NCBI GenBank assembly: GCA_963769285.1
Contig: CAVYLE010000007.1
Span: 526,709-590,708, forward strand
Direction of reading: 5' to 3'
Source: an uncultured Verrucomicrobiae bacterium
Lineage (GTDB): Bacteria; Verrucomicrobiota; Verrucomicrobiia; Limisphaerales; UBA11358
Length of the DNA: 64,000 nt
Position numbers and translations under genes: made by a program. Each line of letters starts with the position of its first letter. The stretch's first letter is position 1. The notes beneath the pieces were generated by a model. It made no database searches and had not been told where the DNA came from. It worked only from the letters and a program-made list of their open reading frames with translations. Positions 57,929 through 64,000 of this stretch are shown one piece after another.

Positions 57929-58537
57929 TTATGCGCGCCGACGGCGTAAAAGCAGCCCCACCAAACCTGCGCCACCCAACAACACTGCCGAAGTTGGTTC
58001 AGGCACCACCTGCATGTTCACATTGTCCAGATGCAACGTGGTCCAGTTCCATACGTTAAACTGAATTTCCAAATATGCCGTGTTCGCGGGGGTCGTGAAA
58101 TCCCCGCTATAGCTCAACCATTGCCCATCGGCGTTCGGCGCCGGTTGTTGATTATACAGAGGTATCCACTCATAATTGAGGTAATTCGCGCCGGCATCAT
58201 AGTAGTTGATGGTCACCGCCGCCGAACCCCAAGAGGGAGTATTGGTCGCACTGTAGTCAAAACTCAGGTTATACAACAAATTCGCTCCGATCGCAGGATC
58301 CTGCCCAATGACTTCCCGCCATGTGGAAGAACCCGATGCCAAGACAGCGTTCGGAGTTGCATCCAACATATAAACCGTGTCTATGTAGTTGGATTGAGTT
58401 GCGTCAGCGGAATAAGTCCACCACCCCGTAAAATCACCCGTGTTAAAGTTGCCGTTGTTCAACAAGTTGGCCTTTGCGGGCAGCACAGCCAGCGTCAGGA
58501 TCGAAACGATGGAACCGATCGATAGAATAGTTTTCAT
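57929..58537 (-). CDS. PEP-CTERM sorting-domain protein with CBM4/9-like carbohydrate-binding module
   Basis: NLLNNGNFNTGDFTGWW is a CBM-like start. The C-terminus VPEPTSAVLLGGAGLVGLLLRRRRA is a canonical PEP-CTERM (PEP, transmembrane helix, Arg cluster). Confidence 0.85.
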   Translation of the reverse strand: MKTILSIGSIVSILTLAVLPAKANLLNNGNFNTGDFTGWWTYSADATQSNYIDTVYMLDATPNAVLASGSSTWREVIGQDPAIGANLLYNLSFDYSATNTPSWGSAAVTINYYDAGANYLNYEWIPLYNQQPAPNADGQWLSYSGDFTTPANTAYLEIQFNVWNWTTLHLDNVNMQVVPEPTSAVLLGGAGLVGLLLRRRRA

Positions 58538-58610
58538 AGTATTATAGTAGGTTTATTTGCCGAATTTGATTGTATATACCAAATTAACTGATTTGTGACA
58601 ATGGAACATT

Positions 58611-58638
58611 GACCGATTTACATGGACGATTTTCCGGG
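58611..58638 (-). promoter_or_regulatory. Conserved intergenic motif, copy A (core)
   Basis: gaccgatttacatggacgattttccggg matches 61389-61416 at 24 of 28 positions. It lies about 75-100 nt upstream of the next minus-strand start codon. Confidence 0.4.
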
Positions 58639-58650
58639 TAAGGCATGTCA

Positions 58651-61311
58651 TCATGGCCAGATCAGGCGGTAGAACTTTTGGGGAACGGTATTTGTTACCG
58701 TTGCCGTACTTTGTCCCGTGGTGTTGGGCACATCATGCCATATAGCCGGCGCCAAATTGGTCGTGCTTTGGAGGTGTATAGACGGACCACCGATCCACAA
58801 GAAAGTGATGTATTTCCCATTGTTCGTGACAGAACTGACAAGAATTCCGCCCGGGGCACTGACACCCGTTGTGGTCGTTACGACAAAATTGTCGAAATCG
58901 ATGGTTCCCGTCCCGGTGAAACTCGAAACGAGGCCGGCACCGGTAATGTTGCCGGTGAGATTACCCGAAGCCGTCCCACCGATGGTTGCGCTGGTGCCGC
59001 TCACTGTGAGCGTTTTCCAATTCGATGCGCCGGGATTAAACGCTTGAGTGTAAGTGGCAAACAAATTCGTCTCCACACCTGACACGGGTATGGGGGTTGA
59101 GGAAACGAACCAACTGCCTCCATTCATCTGCACGGCAAAATACGTGGCCACGCTGGCCGGGCTTAAGGCGGGCGCAATATCTACGGAAAAGCTTATACCG
59201 GCATAGAGCACCGTGTTGATGGATGGGAACGGCAAGCCGGAAGCACCGGTTTCCGACGCAGTGGTGGCATAAAACGCCGTGCTGACCGGCGCGCTGCCAC
59301 TGGGTTCGTACGCATAAGCGGCACCATCGCCGCTGGAATTTTGGTAGAGGCGGTTGGGACTATCCGGAATGGCATTCCCCCAGCCAACCAGACCCAGTGG
59401 AAAACTTTGGGCTGCTGTCGGACCCACATAGGGAAACATTTCCGCATACAAGAGGCCGGGCGGGACACTGTTGACCGTCAATATGCTGATGGCATAGTTC
59501 AGACTGTCATCGGTGCCCACGGAATTGCTGACAATCACGGAATAGGCAGCTTGATCGTCGGTGCCAGCATTCAAGATGGTGAGGACATTTGTTCTCGTGC
59601 CCGAGAAACGGCCGCCATCCGCCAGAGGCACTCCATTGGACTGCCAATAATAACCCAATGGCTTGGTGCCGGTGGCTACGACGGCAAACGATACTCCGGC
59701 ACCCGCATAAACCGTCTGGCTCAAGGGCGGCGCCTGGACCACTGCTGGAATCGCCGGCGCGGCATCGGTTATAATCAGGAAATTATCGAAGTTTACACCC
59801 CCGCTGCCCGAGTTGGCAAAAACCAGGCCGACACCGGTGATGTTGCCGCTGAGATCGCTTGTCGGTTGTGTGCCGATGGTCGCAGCAGTGCCGCTTAACG
59901 TAAGCGTGTTCCACTGAATGGCGTCGGGATCAAACTGCTGTTGATACGTGGCAAATACTGTGCCCGCGACATTCACCGGCAGGGGAGTCTGGGAAACGTA
60001 CCAGTTGGCTCCACCCATCTGGACGGCAAAATAGACCGGGATGTTGGCCGCCTGCCAGGTCGGCTGAATATCCACGGAAAAAGTAATGGCCGGGTAAGCG
60101 GCCGGATTGATGCTGGGGAACGGCAATCCTGATACTCCGGTGTCAGACGCCGTGGTGACGTACGCCGCCGTGTTCATCGCGAATGCCTCAAATCCATAAG
60201 CATCACCGTCTCCTCCAGTCCTTTGGACAAGGCGATCTAAATTGTCGGGGATGCTGTTCGACCATCCGACCAAGCTCACGGGGTAACTGATGGCGAGCGC
60301 GCCAACGAATGGGAACGTTTCCGCGTACAAATAATCAGAGGGAACGGAATTCACCGTCAAAGTGGCGGTGGTGTTGGTGCTCGTATCAAAGAATCCCGCA
60401 GAATTGGTGACAATCACAGAGTAACTGCTTCCCGAGTCGGCGAGGTTGACATTGGTAATGGTAAGCACGGAGTTGGTTGCTCCGGAAATCCGGCCGCCGT
60501 TGACGAGTGGGACTCCATTCGACCGCCAATAATATGTGAGGGGCGCTGTGCCCGTGGCGGCAACCGCAAAGGACACACCTGCTCCGCTGTAATTTGTCTG
60601 GCTAAGGGGCGCCGCAACGAGTTTTGGCGGCTCTACCGGTGGATTAGATATGGATGTGATCAGAAAATTGTTGTAATCCCAACTGCCAGCAGCGGTCAGT
60701 CTCACCACCACACCAATGCCGGTGATCGGGCCGGACAGATTGTCCGGCGCCGGCCCGCCAATGGCACCGCTGCTTATCGTCAAGGTGTTCCAATTGGTTG
60801 CCGCCGGGTTGTAGGTGATGCTGGAAAGGCGAAAGTCTGCACTGCCGCTCGATTGTACCGTCCCCGTCAGTGGATAATTGGTTGCCACGTACCATGATCC
60901 TCCCACTTGAACCGCAAACCAGCAACTGAGGTTGCCGCCTTGCCAGCTCCATTGGGACTCCAGGGAAATATTCAGATTGGTATAAAGTGTCGGGTCAATG
61001 CTGGTAAAAGCAAAGTGGCCGTTAGGCCCGGTGCCGGCCCCATTGGTGGTGTAAAACACGCCCGTTGCCGCACCACTGGATCCAAAATAGAGCGTGTTGG
61101 TCGGCAAAGCTTGAGCGGTGACCCCGTCATGCGCGGTTGGCTCGGCATAAATGCCGCTCCATCCGTTTGGAGCATAAACCGGAGTCCAGCCAACCGACAC
61201 GAGTGTCAGCGGGGCGGTGGTGCCGAAGTCCTGTTGATACAGAACAGCAGTCTGCGCCGAAGCCAGCGTGACGGTTGCTGACCAGGCAATCAAGGCGAGT
61301 ATTTTTTTCAT
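58651..61311 (-). CDS. Large secreted protein: three lectin-like units interleaved with Ig-like (I-set-type) domains, with C-terminal F[FY]RL module
   Basis: Signal peptide MKKILALIAWSATVTLASAQ. The Ig-like segments read PLSQT.Y.GAGVSFAV.ATGT.PL.YYW.SNGVPL. The unit tails read WNTLT.SG......LSG.ITG.G. Ends QKFYRLIWP. Confidence 0.8.
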   Translation of the reverse strand: MKKILALIAWSATVTLASAQTAVLYQQDFGTTAPLTLVSVGWTPVYAPNGWSGIYAEPTAHDGVTAQALPTNTLYFGSSGAATGVFYTTNGAGTGPNGHFAFTSIDPTLYTNLNISLESQWSWQGGNLSCWFAVQVGGSWYVATNYPLTGTVQSSGSADFRLSSITYNPAATNWNTLTISSGAIGGPAPDNLSGPITGIGVVVRLTAAGSWDYNNFLITSISNPPVEPPKLVAAPLSQTNYSGAGVSFAVAATGTAPLTYYWRSNGVPLVNGGRISGATNSVLTITNVNLADSGSSYSVIVTNSAGFFDTSTNTTATLTVNSVPSDYLYAETFPFVGALAISYPVSLVGWSNSIPDNLDRLVQRTGGDGDAYGFEAFAMNTAAYVTTASDTGVSGLPFPSINPAAYPAITFSVDIQPTWQAANIPVYFAVQMGGANWYVSQTPLPVNVAGTVFATYQQQFDPDAIQWNTLTLSGTAATIGTQPTSDLSGNITGVGLVFANSGSGGVNFDNFLIITDAAPAIPAVVQAPPLSQTVYAGAGVSFAVVATGTKPLGYYWQSNGVPLADGGRFSGTRTNVLTILNAGTDDQAAYSVIVSNSVGTDDSLNYAISILTVNSVPPGLLYAEMFPYVGPTAAQSFPLGLVGWGNAIPDSPNRLYQNSSGDGAAYAYEPSGSAPVSTAFYATTASETGASGLPFPSINTVLYAGISFSVDIAPALSPASVATYFAVQMNGGSWFVSSTPIPVSGVETNLFATYTQAFNPGASNWKTLTVSGTSATIGGTASGNLTGNITGAGLVSSFTGTGTIDFDNFVVTTTTGVSAPGGILVSSVTNNGKYITFLWIGGPSIHLQSTTNLAPAIWHDVPNTTGQSTATVTNTVPQKFYRLIWP

Positions 61312-61388
61312 AGGGTGTATGGATTTCCAGGATTTTTAGGGACTTATGTATTTAATAAGACAACGCCTATTAACTGCAATGGATGATC

Positions 61389-61416
61389 AACCGATTCACA
61401 TGGATAATTTTCCGGG
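61389..61416 (-). promoter_or_regulatory. Conserved intergenic motif, copy B (core)
   Basis: aaccgattcacatggataattttccggg lies in the same position relative to the flanking genes as copy A. Confidence 0.4.
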
Positions 61417-61425
61417 GGTTCGCAG

Positions 61426-62301
61426 TCAATTGTAAGCGTTTATCCAAGCCGGCCACGCGTAACTTGGTATGGACGGCGTCTTCCAATCCTTATACCACTG
61501 CAGCCCCCAGAGTTCTTTCACTCCCACACCTCTCACCGAGGTATCCATGAATACCATGTTAATCGGGCTTCGGCCGCTGTGCCTAGGCATGCAAAACGGA
61601 GCCATGTATTCATTTAGAGCATTTTTTTGAAACATTTTGCCTCGCGTGGTCGGTGGTATATCGGCAGGAGTAGGACCGGTTCCATCCCACAAGCAATCAG
61701 CAAACAACGGGATAGTATCGCCGTTGCGGAGAGCCCCCATTTTCCGCCAATAGTTGGCTGTGGGCGCAGTCATATACGCATCCGGTCCCACGACAAGTGA
61801 GTCTGGAGGATTCTCGGCCCAAGCGTTGATTCCATAGCTGCCGTAATCACCCGCTGTCATCCAAGGCTGCATGGTGAAAGCGCCCGTGCCATAGATGCCC
61901 CATGAATAAAAAGTGAAATCAAAATTCGCGGGGTTTGGGGTAAAAGGGGTGGAGAGATCACTCAGATACTTATCCGCCATGGGACACAAACGAATGTTGG
62001 GACTGGAATAATAACTTCGCAAAGCTGACATCCAAACACCTTTGTAGCCACCCCATGCGGCTGGGTCATTCCAGCCCATCGGCATGCTGTCGTCGTTCTC
62101 GGAACAGTACAACGCAAAACAACCGCCCCATTGTTTAAGATTTGAAATGCATTGAATATTCTTCGCACGGTCTTTTGCCCGGGCCAGGGCGGGCAAAAGC
62201 AGCGCCGCCAGAATGGCAATAATGGCGATCACCACCAGTAATTCAATAAGCGTAAAACCCAACTTTGCTGGCATTACGTTTTTGGCTTTAATAATTTTCA
62301 T
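61426..62301 (-). CDS. DUF1559 / prepilin-type N-terminal methylation protein with H-X9-DG-like C-terminus
   Basis: [45 protein letters not shown], and near the C-terminus [17 protein letters not shown]. Confidence 0.88.
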   Translation of the reverse strand: MKIIKAKNVMPAKLGFTLIELLVVIAIIAILAALLLPALARAKDRAKNIQCISNLKQWGGCFALYCSENDDSMPMGWNDPAAWGGYKGVWMSALRSYYSSPNIRLCPMADKYLSDLSTPFTPNPANFDFTFYSWGIYGTGAFTMQPWMTAGDYGSYGINAWAENPPDSLVVGPDAYMTAPTANYWRKMGALRNGDTIPLFADCLWDGTGPTPADIPPTTRGKMFQKNALNEYMAPFCMPRHSGRSPINMVFMDTSVRGVGVKELWGLQWYKDWKTPSIPSYAWPAWINAYN

Positions 62302-62320
62302 TTGATGATTTCAAGGTCGG

Positions 62321-64000
62321 TCAGTTATTGTAATAAAAGGCGTCCAAGCCCGGCAAAGCATGGCCGGTAAAATCGAATAACGTCGTGTTATCCACCACGT
62401 TTGGCTGTCCCAACTCCCAACCTTCCCCGGGGACGCAGATGAAAATGGGATCCCAATACAAATCCCCGATGCAATGGCCGTTGTCGACCAGCTTGAGAGC
62501 ATTGAAACAATTCAGCGTAAATTGCTTTTGTCCCAACGGTGTGCTCGGAAACGGCTCGGGCCCATTGTTGGCCAGTTGGCCAGGGTAGCCGTCGCAGCGG
62601 TTCGTCGCCCAGTTATATCCTGTCTCCATGATCAGGATGGGTTTGTTATACGTCGAATACCATGAATTGATTTGATCCCTGGCTTGTTCGGCCGTGAGTC
62701 CGGTCCAAAAAGAATAATAGGAGCATCCCATTACGTCCCATTGCACCCCGTTGGCCACACATTGATTGAAAAACCATTGGACGTTGCTGGCATCTATGTT
62801 GGCGTTGTGGAGGACGACCTGGGTCGCGGGAGAAACCGCCTTGACCGCCGCATAACCTGCATTCAGCAATTGTGCCAGGCGATTAAAATTGGTGTAAGAA
62901 CCGTTAACGGGGGAATTCATGGTGGATATGGGGCTGCCGGTTGGAGTGCTGTCTTGAAGCAGAATTCCACCTTGCATTTCATTCCCCAGCGAAACGAAGT
63001 CGGGCAAAGTTCCCTGATTCTTCATCTGGGTCATGAAATTGGTGGTGAAGCTGTAAAGCGCATTGGTCAACTGAGAGAATGAAAGTCCCACCCAGTCATG
63101 AGGCTTGTATTGGGTGTTCCCATTGCTCCAATAATCACTAAAATGAAACGTGAGCTGAATTTTGAATCCCATCGCTTTGGCTCGCGCAGCCAGTGCCAAA
63201 ATGTCGGCGGAGCCCTGAATCCCTGAAGGAAGCAACCAAGACGGATACCAATTCGGATTGCCTGGATCGTTATACAGGCGAAGCCGCACAATGTTACACC
63301 CATGATTTTTCAGGATTTGCAGGCAATCCATCTGCATGCCGTTGGTTTCATAAAACTTCCCGCCACCTTGCTCGACATACGTTAGTTCGGAGATATCGCC
63401 CCCCTTCAGGAAGGCATAAGGAATATCATCTTTTATCAGTTGGATTAAGTCCACCCGGCACCAGTTGCTCCCCGTCGTGTCATTCGAATAGAGGCTGACT
63501 TGGCATTGCCCGTTGGTGACGTTGATGCCCCTGACAATGGTGTTGGTCCATTGCGAAGAAATGGGCAGGCTGGTCATCTTGTCATTGCCACTGATATAAC
63601 AAACATTCTGGCCGCCACTGTTCTTGATCATCGCCGTCAATTTGTAATACCCGTTCAGCAGGTTGGTCACCATTTGATACGTTTGCACCTGATAGGGGGA
63701 GGAATTGCTCTGTTGCAGATAATAAGAACCGGAAAAAGCCCCCCCTGATTTCAAAACAGCCGCTCCGGCAGTGCCGGAAGCTTGCCAGTTGGCGGCGAGG
63801 TCTCCCGATTCAAAATCTCCATCCTGCAACCGGCCAACCGGGAAAGCCACTAATCGAAAAAAAACTGGCGTGAGGGCCAGGGGCATCTTGCGGGTGCTTT
63901 GGCCCGCGCTATCGAGGATATCCTTCCAATTGTTGGCAGCCACCATGTTGGTCGTGGTTTGAAGCCGGACGTTCTGGGCTCCGGGCCAGGACAGCGTAAT
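62321..64000 (-). CDS. GH53 endo-beta-1,4-galactanase with CBM-like module; the ORF stays open to the window edge (5' partial)
   Basis: GGDISELTYVEQGGGKFYETNG, NIVRLRLYNDPG, FHFSDYWS, VSLGNEMQGG and LIMETGY are GH53 motifs. Upstream of the track's Met the frame continues ITLSWPGAQNVRLQTTTN with no stop. Confidence 0.85.
   Translation of the reverse strand: MTLSWPGAQNVRLQTTTNMVAANNWKDILDSAGQSTRKMPLALTPVFFRLVAFPVGRLQDGDFESGDLAANWQASGTAGAAVLKSGGAFSGSYYLQQSNSSPYQVQTYQMVTNLLNGYYKLTAMIKNSGGQNVCYISGNDKMTSLPISSQWTNTIVRGINVTNGQCQVSLYSNDTTGSNWCRVDLIQLIKDDIPYAFLKGGDISELTYVEQGGGKFYETNGMQMDCLQILKNHGCNIVRLRLYNDPGNPNWYPSWLLPSGIQGSADILALAARAKAMGFKIQLTFHFSDYWSNGNTQYKPHDWVGLSFSQLTNALYSFTTNFMTQMKNQGTLPDFVSLGNEMQGGILLQDSTPTGSPISTMNSPVNGSYTNFNRLAQLLNAGYAAVKAVSPATQVVLHNANIDASNVQWFFNQCVANGVQWDVMGCSYYSFWTGLTAEQARDQINSWYSTYNKPILIMETGYNWATNRCDGYPGQLANNGPEPFPSTPLGQKQFTLNCFNALKLVDNGHCIGDLYWDPIFICVPGEGWELGQPNVVDNTTLFDFTGHALPGLDAFYYNN

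Overview
High-GC (judged by eye) 64-kb chromosomal segment, probably from a PVC-superphylum bacterium and most likely Verrucomicrobiota. That placement is an inference from DUF1559/H-X9-DG pseudopilin genes, a PEP-CTERM protein, very large secreted Ig-like/FG-GAP repeat proteins and very dense REP-like palindromic intergenic repeats. Content from left to right: (1) a nuclease gene, then a minus-strand restriction-modification operon (Dam-like methyltransferase, small PD-(D/E)XK nuclease, extra HNH nuclease) with a divergent XRE controller. (2) Secreted carbohydrate-active and other exported proteins (GH29 fucosidase, EEP phosphoesterase, beta-helix lyase-like protein, esterase). (3) Housekeeping genes (LOG, class II RNR nrdJ, der). 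(4) A visibly lower-GC stretch with a HEPN-motif protein, a large surface-protein gene split by an ISL3 element, and a DUF4238 protein. (5) A lipid-linked sugar / glycosylation neighbourhood: two tandem polyprenol-P-mannose synthase paralogs, a DUF2723+TPR membrane protein, a GT4 and a WecA/MraY-like transferase. (6) A small accessory islet with a TIR-like remnant, IS630, a ParE/antitoxin pair and DUF433. (7) A galactan-type glycan utilisation locus (GH16, GH5-like, GH35, CBM-PEP-CTERM, giant Ig-repeat protein, pseudopilin, GH53). I found no rRNA, tRNA or CRISPR array. Recurring themes are several REP families that also reach into coding sequence, a repeated beta-sandwich-like terminal module ending in F[FY]R[LI], and three reading-frame breaks at mononucleotide runs. 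The best candidates for something undescribed are the HEPN protein, alone or with its co-directional low-GC neighbours, and the third nuclease of the R-M operon. None of these can be proven from sequence alone. All family assignments come from motif recognition by eye; no database search or computation was run.
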